A stretch of DNA of 63,901 nt, counting the filler. It is 9 parts of 9 records of this genome, joined end to end, with 100 filler letters (N's around TTAATTAATTAA, not from the genome) between each part and the next. Parts side by side here need not be neighbours in the genome. Positions count along the whole stretch, not along the records: positions 52,961 to 58,518 come from SRR31156797_83397; positions 58,619 to 63,901 come from SRR31156797_83406; 7 more parts are not named here. One strand, given 5' to 3'. Of this stretch, positions 53,337-63,303 are shown piece by piece. Made by a program: the position numbers and the translations under genes. Positions within the stretch are counted from its first letter, which is position 1. Every line of letters starts with the position of its first letter. The notes beneath the pieces are model-generated. The model was given only the letters and a program-made list of their open reading frames with translations. It ran no database searches and was not told the origin of the DNA.

Positions 53337-54158
53337 TTAAAAGGGCAAATCATCAAAGTTATCACTTTCACATATACCTTTCTTTTCTTTGATATCAAGT
53401 TGATTTTCGGCAATCAGGTTCATGTATTCATAGACCAACTTTTTGCTGACCTTGGTGACAAAGGCGGTGTCTTCAGGTGTTAAGCCTTTATGCAGGCAAG
53501 CCAGGATTCGTTTATAGTCTTTCACATAACGGGTAATGGCTTCCGGAGAATGATTGGTTTCCCGAGCTGTTTGTTCCACAGATTTACCTTCGACAATGAC
53601 TTTGTAGCAGATCTGTTTTTTATGGGTAATGGAACGGCCCATGTCATGGATTGTGCCTCTGCGAGGAACGAGGGTTTGATGGTCTTTTTCCCATTGCCTG
53701 ACATAGTTCGAGATTGTTGCCGGGCTTAACCGCATCATGGTGGCAACATCAACGCCGTTGAGAACGGCGTTTTGTTCCTTGGCTTGCGTAAAGAGACCTA
53801 CGGCTGCCCGTTGGCGAATGGTTTTTGCTTTTTCTCCTTCGAGATAAGCCTGGATGTCCTCCGGGGCAATCATATCGACAAAGACAGGTTTGAGTCGGGT
53901 CTTTTCGATGGTTTTACCATATGCGGCTTTTTCGTTTTCGTCCACGGCTGGCCACATTACCTGGCCCATCCTCAGGTGGGTGTTGGGCGGATAGAATTGT
54001 TCGACCAATTCCTGGATTTCATTGACGATCACCTGCCGGGTCAGATAGCCGCCCAGTTGCGGGCACTGGTCTTGAAAAAACAATGATAAAGCAGATGCGA
54101 ACGTTTTTTTCTGCAAGGGGCCGAATTGATCGGCAAGCGATGTTTTGCCTGATTTCAT
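53337..54158 (-). CDS. DUF1670-like protein B (intact, 273 aa)
   Basis: GQVMW.AV, VP.RG...D.G...THK, HS....RY; AGGAGG RBS. Confidence 0.85.
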   Translation of the reverse strand: MKSGKTSLADQFGPLQKKTFASALSLFFQDQCPQLGGYLTRQVIVNEIQELVEQFYPPNTHLRMGQVMWPAVDENEKAAYGKTIEKTRLKPVFVDMIAPEDIQAYLEGEKAKTIRQRAAVGLFTQAKEQNAVLNGVDVATMMRLSPATISNYVRQWEKDHQTLVPRRGTIHDMGRSITHKKQICYKVIVEGKSVEQTARETNHSPEAITRYVKDYKRILACLHKGLTPEDTAFVTKVSKKLVYEYMNLIAENQLDIKEKKGICESDNFDDLPF

Positions 54159-55014
54159 GTCGTCCTCCTTTTGGTCGGCCCATGGTTTTTTTAAAATCAA
54201 CGGATTTGTAATAGATCCGTCCACGGGCCTCTATCTCATCGATGCGTTGTCGATATGCCGGATTTTCACAGGCATCAGCATGCAGTCCAAGATAGGTATT
54301 GACCGTGGCCACGGAGACACCGACCACCAAAGCAGTTTTCAGGTTGTTGCGGAATTTGCGCTGGCAATAAACCACTCTGCAAAAAGTATCAATGTAGCGT
54401 TCGACAGCGGTCAACGAATGTTTGATGGCTCTGGCGATTTCAACGGGCTCCTTTTCGGCCAGATACAGGGTAACGGCCTGGACCCGATGGGTTACGCCCG
54501 GTCCGATATCTTTTTGCTGTCCCCGGGTGGGTACACAGATGTTTTGTCTGCGAAGCCTTTGGATATCTCTACGGATCGTCCTTACGTCGGTATCCAGAAT
54601 AACGGCCAGATCTTCCTATGTTAACACAGCGCCCTGATCTTTGGCTTCCACGGTCATCCGCAGGATCTGCTGGCGGCGCTTGTCCGATGGGCCATAGGAT
54701 CTTCGTACCTCGGCATCTTCTAAAGGGTCTATATGGGTAATGACAATCCTTTTGAATTGACAGTGTTTCAGCGGTTTGCCGGCAGGTTCTGAAATGTCGA
54801 CTGCCGTCCAGCCCATCTGTCCGGGGTGGAGCACATTCCCCTCCGCATGGTCGCCAATGGCAAAGACTTCTTTGGCTTTTTCAACGATAATGTCAGACTC
54901 GAAAGGGGAGCAGTTGGTACCATCAGTGATGAGATTGGCAAACATCCGCTCCAATGTTTTAATATCGAGCCGGGCCTCTTGTAACTGTTTTTGGTGAGCA
55001 TAGGTCGGCATCAT
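54019..55014 (-). pseudogene. DUF1670-like protein A with internal TAG at 54616-54618
   Basis: GAVLT*EDLA, frame continues through VPTRGQQKDIGPGVTHR and HSLTAVERY. Confidence 0.8.
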
Positions 55015-55211
55015 AGGCGCAGTATCCTTTCCGAGCAGGCTTGATCTTCTTTCCTTTCTATATCGGCAACACAGGGAAAGAAAATCCAGGATTTTCGCCT
55101 ACCCGACATACGCCCTAATCGGAACATCTATAGGTTTCTAAATCATGGTATTAAACCTTAGATTTTCCAACGGTGCAGATGAACAATAATCTAATTAGCA
55201 AAGGAGGAAAA

Positions 55212-56231
55212 ATGGAATCGAGAAAGCTTTTTGGAATTGGACTAGTTCTTTTTTTTACGATGGGTGTTTTTTTTGTAAGTCCTGGTTCTTTATTAGCCCG
55301 GACACTTACACTAAAAGTTTCTCATCAATTTGCTGCTGGCGATGTACGTGACAACATGGCACGTGTGTTCGGAGACATGGTTTCGGAAAAAACCAATGGG
55401 CAGATCAAATTCAGATACTATCCAGCTAGCTCCCTTTACAAGGCGAAAGAGCAGTGGGATGTTATGCGTAAGGGCGGTCTGGATATGTCGGTTTTTCCTC
55501 TTGACTATGCGTCGGGAAAGGTTCCGCAGTTGTCAATCACCTTGATGCCCTGTTCTGTTGCTAGTATTCAGCAGGGATTGACGTGGAGAGACAAACCTAT
55601 TGGTAAGAAAGTCGAAGGTCTGATGGAACAACATGGTGTGAAAAACCTGGTATGGGCCTGGTTCGACGGCGGAATCGGCAGCAAAATCAAACAGATCAAG
55701 TTGCCCGAAGATGTCAAGGGCACCAAGATGCGCGCAGCCGGAAAAAAATATGAATACATGATGAAAGAAGCCGGCGCCTCTATTACTAGCATGCCGTCGT
55801 CAGAGACTTACCATGCGCTAGCCACAGGTGTTCTGGATACCATGATGACATCTTCAGCCTCTTTCGTTTCCTATCGTCTACACGAAGTTCTCAAGCATAT
55901 CAATGTTCCCCGTGATTATTCTATATGGTTCATGGCAGAGAATCTAGTCATTTCCCAAAAGACCTGGGACCGGTTGACCCCGGAACAACAGAAGATTTTT
56001 TTGGAAGTGGCTGAATGGATGCACGAGAACTGGGTCTACCAGAACTTCAAACACCTGGTCGAAAATCTGGTCGATTCCTACACAAAAGCAAATGTAGACA
56101 TTCACTACATGAACAAGGACGAATTCGATCAATGGCTGTCATTTGCGCAGCAGACTTCCTGGAAACAGTACGCTGAAACGGTTGAGGGCGGCCAGGAACT
56201 CCTGGACCTCGCTCTGGATGCCCTGAAATGA
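55212..56231 (+). CDS. dctP: TRAP transporter substrate-binding protein
   Basis: Signal peptide; PEDVKGTKMR, E.Y.AL.TGVLD. Confidence 0.92.
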   Translation: MESRKLFGIGLVLFFTMGVFFVSPGSLLARTLTLKVSHQFAAGDVRDNMARVFGDMVSEKTNGQIKFRYYPASSLYKAKEQWDVMRKGGLDMSVFPLDYASGKVPQLSITLMPCSVASIQQGLTWRDKPIGKKVEGLMEQHGVKNLVWAWFDGGIGSKIKQIKLPEDVKGTKMRAAGKKYEYMMKEAGASITSMPSSETYHALATGVLDTMMTSSASFVSYRLHEVLKHINVPRDYSIWFMAENLVISQKTWDRLTPEQQKIFLEVAEWMHENWVYQNFKHLVENLVDSYTKANVDIHYMNKDEFDQWLSFAQQTSWKQYAETVEGGQELLDLALDALK

Positions 56232-56387
56232 TTCGCATCACCGGGGGGTGAAGGCGGTGGTCAAAGCTTTGCTGCCGCCGTCACTCCAGGACCTCTTGCG
56301 GTGATCCGGCATGCCGGTAAACAAATCCTTAATTCGCCATCAGGATACGAACACCTGTAAGGTAATCACCATTTATGGGAAAAGACA

Positions 56388-56999
56388 ATGAAAAAAGCTT
56401 TGCGCATAGCGGTATGGATCATTGACGGACTGACCAACATTTCAGGTTGGATCGCGGCGCTGTGCCTGGTTGCGGCTGCGTTAATCGTAACTGAGGCCGT
56501 CATCGTTCGTAAGGTGTGGGGTATTTCCACGATCTGGCAAATCGAGGCATCCGTTTTTTTATTAATGTTTACAGTGTTTGTGGGTGCTCCCTTTGTTCAG
56601 AAAAATGAACATCATCTGAATGTCGATCTTGTAATCATCCACCTGCCACCCCGGACACGGGAGATTACTTTGATCGTCGTTTCGATACTGTCTTGCTTGC
56701 TGGCAATGCTGGTTGCTTGGTATGCTTGGCCGATGTGGTGGGATACCGTTTTGAATAATGAGCATTCCGAATCGCTCTGGGGTCCACCTTTATGGATACC
56801 TTTTTTATTTCTTCCCCTGGGAATGAGCCTGCTATTTCTACAGTACATCGTATATATTTATAAAAAAATTAACGCACTAAAAAAAGGCGAAATTGAAACC
56901 GACGTGGTGCCGGCTGAGCTTGCGGATATCGAACGACCAGATGCTATGGACGATGCAACCCGTCGAAGAACAGCCAGCAAGGAGATCGAAAATGAATGA
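56388..56999 (+). CDS. dctQ: TRAP transporter small permease
   Basis: Four TMs, W..E, HLNVDL. Confidence 0.9.
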   Translation: MKKALRIAVWIIDGLTNISGWIAALCLVAAALIVTEAVIVRKVWGISTIWQIEASVFLLMFTVFVGAPFVQKNEHHLNVDLVIIHLPPRTREITLIVVSILSCLLAMLVAWYAWPMWWDTVLNNEHSESLWGPPLWIPFLFLPLGMSLLFLQYIVYIYKKINALKKGEIETDVVPAELADIERPDAMDDATRRRTASKEIENE

Positions 57000-58335
57000 A
57001 TATGTGCTTGCCTTATTATTGTTTGTAAGTGCATTCGGGCTGCTTATATCGGGCATTCCTATTTGGGCCGGGCTTGCAGGAATATCCGTTTTATTTATCT
57101 TGATCTTTTCGCCCCACTTGCTGGCCTCACTACCGTACGTACTCCACGGTAGCATGGACAGTTTTGCGCTATTGGCAATTCCGCTCTTCATTCTTCTCAG
57201 CGCACCCATTGCCGCGTCCGGTGCCAGCAAAGATCTTTACGAAACACTGCATAAGTGGCTTCATAAAATTCCAGGAGGATTGGGTATCGCCAATATGGTG
57301 GGATGCGGTATCTTCGCCGCTTTATGCGGTTCAAGCCCTGCAACGGCAGCCGCAATTGGAGGCATCGGTATTCCGGAGATGCGCCGAAGAGGTTACTCGC
57401 CGGCGTTGGCGACGGGCTTGATCGCGCATGCCGGAACCTTCGGCATCCTAATTCCGCCCAGTGTGACTATGATCCTGTATGGTGTCGCCACCGAAACCTC
57501 TATCGGAAAATGCTTCATTGCCGGTGTGATACCAGGAATCATATTGGTACTGCTCAGCTGTATTTGGGTTGGATTAGTATTTTTTTACCGTAAATTCGTT
57601 CCGGCCAAGCAAGGATCAATGTATTACATCGATGCCAAACATCAAACTAAGGCAGAAGTTATTCGGTGGGCTGATCGGTTTTATTCTCTAGTAAAAGTTT
57701 TGCCGTTTGTTTTGATTATTATTGGAATCATGGGCTCATTGTACGGTGGATGGGCAACGCCCAGTGAAGCCGGCGGTCTCGGAGCGGTGCTTTCGCTAAT
57801 TTTCGTCATTGGCATCTACCGGGTGTACAAGCCGAAACGCCTATGGGACATTTTCGTCAAAGCACTCAGCGAGAGCAGCATGATTCTAATGATCATGGCC
57901 GCAGCACTTGTTTTTGCCTGGGTCTCATCGGATCTGTATGCCACACAGGCTTTGGGCGAACTTATTTTGAAGCTCCCTTTGGGTAAATGGGGAATCATTT
58001 TTCTCATTAATATTTTACTGCTGATCCTGGGCTGCTTTATTCCACCTGCAGCCGTAATTTTGATGGTCGCCCCACTACTGCTTCCGATCATCCAGGGCTT
58101 GGGCTTCGACCCGATCTGGTTCGCTGTTATTATGACTGTCAACCTGGAAATCGGGCTGGTGACACCTCCTGTTGGCCTCAATCTGTATGTAGTTAAGAAT
58201 ATTGCTCCAGACATTCCTATGTCACATGTTCTGTTGGGGGTAACCCCGTTCATTATAATCGACTGCTTAGTCATCGTACTTCTTTGTCTATTTCCGGAAA
58301 TGGCGTTATGGTTGCCGAATAAAATGATTGGTTAA
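56992..58335 (+). CDS. dctM: TRAP transporter large permease
   Basis: LLAIPLF, GSSPATAA, GILIPPS, VTPPVGLNL. Confidence 0.94.
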   Translation: MNEYVLALLLFVSAFGLLISGIPIWAGLAGISVLFILIFSPHLLASLPYVLHGSMDSFALLAIPLFILLSAPIAASGASKDLYETLHKWLHKIPGGLGIANMVGCGIFAALCGSSPATAAAIGGIGIPEMRRRGYSPALATGLIAHAGTFGILIPPSVTMILYGVATETSIGKCFIAGVIPGIILVLLSCIWVGLVFFYRKFVPAKQGSMYYIDAKHQTKAEVIRWADRFYSLVKVLPFVLIIIGIMGSLYGGWATPSEAGGLGAVLSLIFVIGIYRVYKPKRLWDIFVKALSESSMILMIMAAALVFAWVSSDLYATQALGELILKLPLGKWGIIFLINILLLILGCFIPPAAVILMVAPLLLPIIQGLGFDPIWFAVIMTVNLEIGLVTPPVGLNLYVVKNIAPDIPMSHVLLGVTPFIIIDCLVIVLLCLFPEMALWLPNKMIG

Positions 58336-58337
58336 CT

Positions 58338-58518
58338 ATGGAGGAATCGATGCACCAGAAATCTATCAATGCTTGGATTGAGTATATTTGTTCGAAAAGG
58401 GGTGATAAAAAAGCCATTACGTTCCTGCGTGATGGTATAACTGAAACGGAACTTACATATTCTGAACTCAAAAGAGATGTTTCCCTTTTCGCCGATACAC
58501 TCAAAGACCAAGGGATTT
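58338..58518 (+). CDS. AMP-binding (acyl-CoA synthetase-like) enzyme, N-terminal part
   Basis: K.AI.F....LTYSEL...GI at the contig edge. Confidence 0.6.
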
Positions 58519-58618
58519 NNNNNNNNNNNNNNNNNNNNNNNNNNNNNNNNNNNNNNNNNNNNTTAATTAATTAANNNNNNNNNNNNNNNNNNNNNNNNNN
58601 NNNNNNNNNNNNNNNNNN

Positions 58619-59374
58619 CAGGTCAATATCAGCATAAATGACTCCAGGCTTGTCACTGGCACAGGCAACAATAGTCCCCCAGGGATCAACAACAAGGCTG
58701 TTGCCGTATGCGACAAAGCGGGTTTTCTTACCGATCTGGCCCGCGGAAACGATATAACAGCCATTCTCAATAGCCCGGGTCTGGAGGATGGGTTTCCAAT
58801 GATCCTTACCGGTAGGCATAGTAAAACTGGCAGGAGTGAAGATGACCTGGGCTCCTTCAAGGGCCATCAGGCGGTATATTTCAGGGAAACGGATATCATA
58901 ACAAATGGACATTCCCAGTTTGCCAAGAGCCGTATCAACAGTGGCAATGGAATCTCCGGGATGAATTCTTTCAGATTCATCACAAACAGTTCCGTCAGGA
59001 AGGGTTACGTCAAAGGTATGAAGCTTTCTGTAAGTTGAGATGATCTTACCATCGGGATCGATGATGACAGAAGTATTATAGGCTCTGGTTTCGCCGGGTA
59101 TCTCCTCGGTAAAACTGCCGCTGTGAATATAGACACCATACTCTTTTGCCTTAGCACAGAGGATTTCTGTGGTATAGCCGGGTATAGTCTCTGCTTTCCC
59201 CCCCTCTCCCTGGTTCTCACCCACTAGATTCATGACTTCGGGAAAACTGACCAGCTTTACTCCGGCCGACACCGCTTCATCAATACAGCGGCAGGCTGTA
59301 TTCAGATTCTCCGGTTTGTTGTTCTGAGAATCCATTTGCACTACGGCAACTTTGTATTTTCTAAGTTTTTCCAC
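58619..59374 (-). CDS. Carbon-nitrogen hydrolase (Nit/deaminated glutathione amidase-like), 3' truncated
   Basis: FPE, YRKLH.FD, ICYDIRFPE, RAIEN. Confidence 0.92.
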
Positions 59375-59388
59375 AGTTATTCTATCTC

Positions 59389-60357
59389 CTAATGATTGTT
59401 AATTTCTTCAGCAAAATGACATGCTACATGATGATTCTGAAGAACTTCTTTCAAGATCGGGCTAGTCTCGTGACACAAACTTTTTGCAAAGGGACAGCGG
59501 GAGGCGAATCGGCAACCCGGTTTGGGATCGATCGGAGAAGAGATTTCCCCCTTAAGAAAAGTTCTTTCTTTTCGGGCTCCAAGCTCAGCTACGGGAACTG
59601 CATCAAGAAGTGCTTTACTGTAGGGATGAAGGCAATGCAGAAAAAGATCTTCCGAAGACGCCTGCTCCACCACCGTACCCATATACATGACTATGACATT
59701 ATCTGAAATATGTTTGATAACAGACATATCATGGGCAATAAACATATAGGTCAAATCCATCTCTTCCTGCAGATCCTGCATCAGATTCAGAATTTGGGCT
59801 TGAATCGATACATCAAGAGCCGATACCGGTTCATCACAGACAATAAATTTGGGATTGAGAGAAAGGGCCCTGGCAATACCGATTCGCTGCCGTCGTCCTC
59901 CATCCAATTCATGAGGATATGAGTTGGCTAATCGTTTTGCCAACCCTACAGTTTCCATCAATTTAAATACATTTCCCCAAAGATCCTGACTATTTCTGTG
60001 AACACGATAGTTTATTAAAGGCTCTGCAATTATCTCGCTTACCGACATTCTCGGATTGAGAGATGAGTAGGGATCCTGAAAAATCATCTGCATGTTCTTA
60101 CGATAATCTTTCAGAGCCTTTCCTCTTAGATTAGCATCTTCCTGAAGTACCCCTTCAAAAGTAATTGAGCCTGACGTTGGGACTTGTAAATGAATTATAG
60201 CCCGTCCCAATGTTGACTTACCGCATCCCGATTCCCCCACGACGCCAAGAGTTTTTCCTTTTTCAATAGAAAAAGAGACACCATCAACGGCATGAAGTAT
60301 TCCACCGGCGGTTTTAAAGAACTTTCTCAAATTATGAACTCTTAAGATTTCATTCAT
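59389..60357 (-). CDS. Oligopeptide/dipeptide ABC ATPase (DppF/OppF-like)
   Basis: GESGCGKS, CDEPVSALDVS, GCRFASRC. Confidence 0.93.
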   Translation of the reverse strand: MNEILRVHNLRKFFKTAGGILHAVDGVSFSIEKGKTLGVVGESGCGKSTLGRAIIHLQVPTSGSITFEGVLQEDANLRGKALKDYRKNMQMIFQDPYSSLNPRMSVSEIIAEPLINYRVHRNSQDLWGNVFKLMETVGLAKRLANSYPHELDGGRRQRIGIARALSLNPKFIVCDEPVSALDVSIQAQILNLMQDLQEEMDLTYMFIAHDMSVIKHISDNVIVMYMGTVVEQASSEDLFLHCLHPYSKALLDAVPVAELGARKERTFLKGEISSPIDPKPGCRFASRCPFAKSLCHETSPILKEVLQNHHVACHFAEEINNH

Positions 60358-61340
60358 GATCTGACCTTCCTGCCAACCGATTCGCTGTTCAGGCATTTGA
60401 CAAAGTGTCCCGCTTCAATCTCTCTGACCGGTATCTCGTCGGCCGAACAGGAATCGCTTGCATATTTACAACGAGCAGCAAATTTACATCCTTTAGGAAG
60501 ATTTGCCGGATTCGGAGCCAGACCGGGAATGGGAGTTAACCTGCGAACTGAGTGATTCATATTCGGAATAGAACCGAACAGACCTTCCGTGTAGGGATGG
60601 CAGGTATTATTAAATATATTCTCTACTGTTCCAAACTCTACAATTTCTCCGGCATACATAATTGCCGCCTTCTGACATGTTTCAGCAACGACACCTAGAT
60701 CGTGTGTAATCAGAATCAGAGATGTGTTATTCTCTTCCTTCAATTTGGCAATCAACTCAAGTACCTGTGCCTGAATCGTAACATCCAGAGCAGTTGTCGG
60801 TTCATCGGCAATCAATAATTCGGGAGTGCAGGCAAGGGCGATGGCAATAACTACCCGCTGTTTCATTCCACCGGAAAACTGCTGAGGATAATCCCCAAAG
60901 CGCTCACCTTTAATTCCCACCAACTCCATCATCTCTTTAGCCTTTTCTTCTGCCTCCTGCTTACTGATTTTATTATGCAGGAGAATAACTTCGACAATCT
61001 GGGCACCAACCGTCAATACTGGATTCAGTGCTGTCATGGGATCCTGGAAAATCATTGATATTTTATTTCCGCGATACTCTCTTTTTTTCTGCCCCTGCAT
61101 AAATACAACGCTGTTACCCTCATAGAGAATATCACCGCTGACAATCCTTGCAGTAATATTAGGAAGAAGCTGCATAATAGAAAGGGCCGTAGTTGTTTTT
61201 CCGGCTCCCGTTTCTCCGACCAGCCCCACAGACTCCCCTCTTCCAACGATCAGATCAATTCCGTTAACGGCCTTCACTATCTCTACATCGGTTTCATAGT
61301 GAACCTTCAAGTCCCTTATTTCCAATACTTTGTCAGCCAT
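60354..61340 (-). CDS. Oligopeptide/dipeptide ABC ATPase (DppD/OppD-like)
   Basis: [27 protein letters not shown]. Confidence 0.93.
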   Translation of the reverse strand: MADKVLEIRDLKVHYETDVEIVKAVNGIDLIVGRGESVGLVGETGAGKTTTALSIMQLLPNITARIVSGDILYEGNSVVFMQGQKKREYRGNKISMIFQDPMTALNPVLTVGAQIVEVILLHNKISKQEAEEKAKEMMELVGIKGERFGDYPQQFSGGMKQRVVIAIALACTPELLIADEPTTALDVTIQAQVLELIAKLKEENNTSLILITHDLGVVAETCQKAAIMYAGEIVEFGTVENIFNNTCHPYTEGLFGSIPNMNHSVRRLTPIPGLAPNPANLPKGCKFAARCKYASDSCSADEIPVREIEAGHFVKCLNSESVGRKVRS

Positions 61341-61349
61341 GGTGGCTCC

Positions 61350-62219
61350 TTAATTTTTTAATTTGGGATCCAGAGTATCCCTTAAACCATCGCCAAAGAG
61401 GTTAAAGGCAAAAACCGCAAACATGATCATCAATCCGGGGAATGTCACCATGAACCAGTGATCTCTCATAAACCCCTGAGCAGAATTCAACATGGACCCC
61501 CATTCGGGGGTGGGAGGAGTAATTCCCAGGCCTACAAATGATAACCCCGCAATGGAGAGAATCGCCGTAGCCACGCTCATGGTAGCCTGCACTATTATCG
61601 GCGCCATACAGTTGGGGAGAATATGCTTGACAATTATCTTAAGATCCGACGTGCCTATGGAACGGGCGGCTTCTATGTATTCCTTCCCCTTCTCCGACAT
61701 AACCGACGCCCTGACTATTCTCGAATAACCGGGAATGGCGCTTATCCCTATGGCTATTGTCAGATTCAGCATTCCGTTTCCGAGGGCTGTAATAATAGCC
61801 ATCATTAAAAGGATGGCGGGGATGGCAAGCATAATATCGATCAGCCTCATGAGAATGTTATCAACATGGTTACCGTAAAACCCAGCCAGAGCGCCGAGAA
61901 TTATCCCGACAAAACAGGATATAACGATGGCGAGAACACCGATTCCCAATGAGATCCTGGCTCCATAAATAACACGGCTCAGGATATCTCTGCCATAATT
62001 ATCTGTTCCGAAAGGATGCTCCAGGCTGGGTGAAAGAAAGGCGTTTCCCAGACTCTGCTTTTCATAGGAGTAGGGAGCTAACTGCTCAGGAAATATGGTA
62101 GCTATGACCAGAAGAAGAATAAAAAACAAACTGACCACTGCAGCCTTGTTTCTCATAAAACGGCGAACAATCTCTTTTACCTGACTTTTCTTCTTTATAC
62201 GGATTCCCTGTTCACTCAT
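61350..62219 (-). CDS. Peptide ABC permease (DppC-like)
   Basis: HPFGTD..GRD, EYIEAARSIG, GDGLRD. Confidence 0.93.
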   Translation of the reverse strand: MSEQGIRIKKKSQVKEIVRRFMRNKAAVVSLFFILLLVIATIFPEQLAPYSYEKQSLGNAFLSPSLEHPFGTDNYGRDILSRVIYGARISLGIGVLAIVISCFVGIILGALAGFYGNHVDNILMRLIDIMLAIPAILLMMAIITALGNGMLNLTIAIGISAIPGYSRIVRASVMSEKGKEYIEAARSIGTSDLKIIVKHILPNCMAPIIVQATMSVATAILSIAGLSFVGLGITPPTPEWGSMLNSAQGFMRDHWFMVTFPGLMIMFAVFAFNLFGDGLRDTLDPKLKN

Positions 62220-63186
62220 TTCGATCTCCCAGAAGCTTCTTCATTCTTGTATGTTTACTGGTGTATTCCACTCTGATCTTTGGATCAACGTAAGCATAGA
62301 GGATATCCACAACCAGATTAACAACACACATGACTATGGCAATAAAAAGAACGCCCCCCTGAACAAGGGGGATATTTTTGACCTTGATGGCATCAACCAT
62401 CAATTTACCAATACCGGCAATGGAAAAAATAGACTCTGTAAGAACGGCTCCTCCCAGAAGCTTCCCGAAATTAAGACCGATTACGGTGATGATGGGAATA
62501 AGAGCATTCTTAAGAGCATGTACCCAGATAACGATCAGTTCGGTCTGTCCTTTGGAACGGGCTGTTCTTATATAGTCCTGCCGAATCACTTCCAGCATGC
62601 TGGACCGTGTCATACGCATAATATTGGCTGCCGAACTGGTTCCTATGGTTATGGCGGGAAGAACCCAATGGATGGGAGTACTGAATCCCGAGGGAGGGAA
62701 CCAACGCAATCCGACGGAAAAGACAATTATCATCATCATACCCTGCCAGAAATTCGGAAGAGAGACTCCTATCAATGATGCGGCGGTTGCTACATTATCA
62801 AATATGGAATACTGTCGGGTTGCAGAAATAATACCGCCCAGGATTCCGATTAAACTGGCCAGAATGACGCTCAGGCCCGCAAGTTTAAAAGTCGTAGGAA
62901 AGCGGGAGAGAATTTCTTCTGTTACGGACATTTTCGTTGTATACGAAGTACCGAGATCACCTCTCAAAATAACATTTCCCATGTACGAGATATACTGCTG
63001 GAAATAGGAACCATTCAGTCCATGCTCTTCGTAAAAAAGAGCAAAGTCTTCCGGAGTTGCGAGATCACCGAGGATGATGGACGCAGGGTCTCCCGGAGTG
63101 AAAAACATTATGGAGAAAATGACAATGGTAACTCCGAATAAAACCGGAATCATCATGGCTAATCTCTTGAGAATAAAATATGCCAT
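62212..63186 (-). CDS. Peptide ABC permease (DppB/NikB-like)
   Basis: PGDPA, GDLGTS, DYIRTARSKG, HALKNA. Confidence 0.93.
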   Translation of the reverse strand: MAYFILKRLAMMIPVLFGVTIVIFSIMFFTPGDPASIILGDLATPEDFALFYEEHGLNGSYFQQYISYMGNVILRGDLGTSYTTKMSVTEEILSRFPTTFKLAGLSVILASLIGILGGIISATRQYSIFDNVATAASLIGVSLPNFWQGMMMIIVFSVGLRWFPPSGFSTPIHWVLPAITIGTSSAANIMRMTRSSMLEVIRQDYIRTARSKGQTELIVIWVHALKNALIPIITVIGLNFGKLLGGAVLTESIFSIAGIGKLMVDAIKVKNIPLVQGGVLFIAIVMCVVNLVVDILYAYVDPKIRVEYTSKHTRMKKLLGDRNE

Positions 63187-63303
63187 AAAGACGGCTCCTT
63201 ACCACGAGGAATATAGCTGTCGGAGAAAACCGACTCAGAGTTCTCTCCGACCTGTCCAGCATCTCTGGAAATAATTATCCCCGGGATGCTAAAGAATAAT
63301 AAA

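Larger units (their letters stand above)
53301..55115 (-). mobile_element. IS-like element with two DUF1670-like genes, 23-bp TIRs and flanking TAA repeats
   Basis: GGGCGAATGTCCGGTAGGTGAAA (53301-53323) vs reverse complement of 55093-55115 GGGCGTATGTCGGGTAGGCGAAA (20/23); TAA at 53298-53300 and 55116-55118. Confidence 0.85.

Noticed and set aside
54616-54618. TAG in DUF1670 orfA as pyrrolysine or recoding
   Set aside because: Gln (CAG) fits the context, it is a single transition, and no pyl genes are visible; a nonsense mutation is more likely.
8418-58618. Recurring TTAATTAATTAA within N runs, and ORFs ending in X..LIN
   Set aside because: Artificial contig linkers; not biological repeats or real protein ends.
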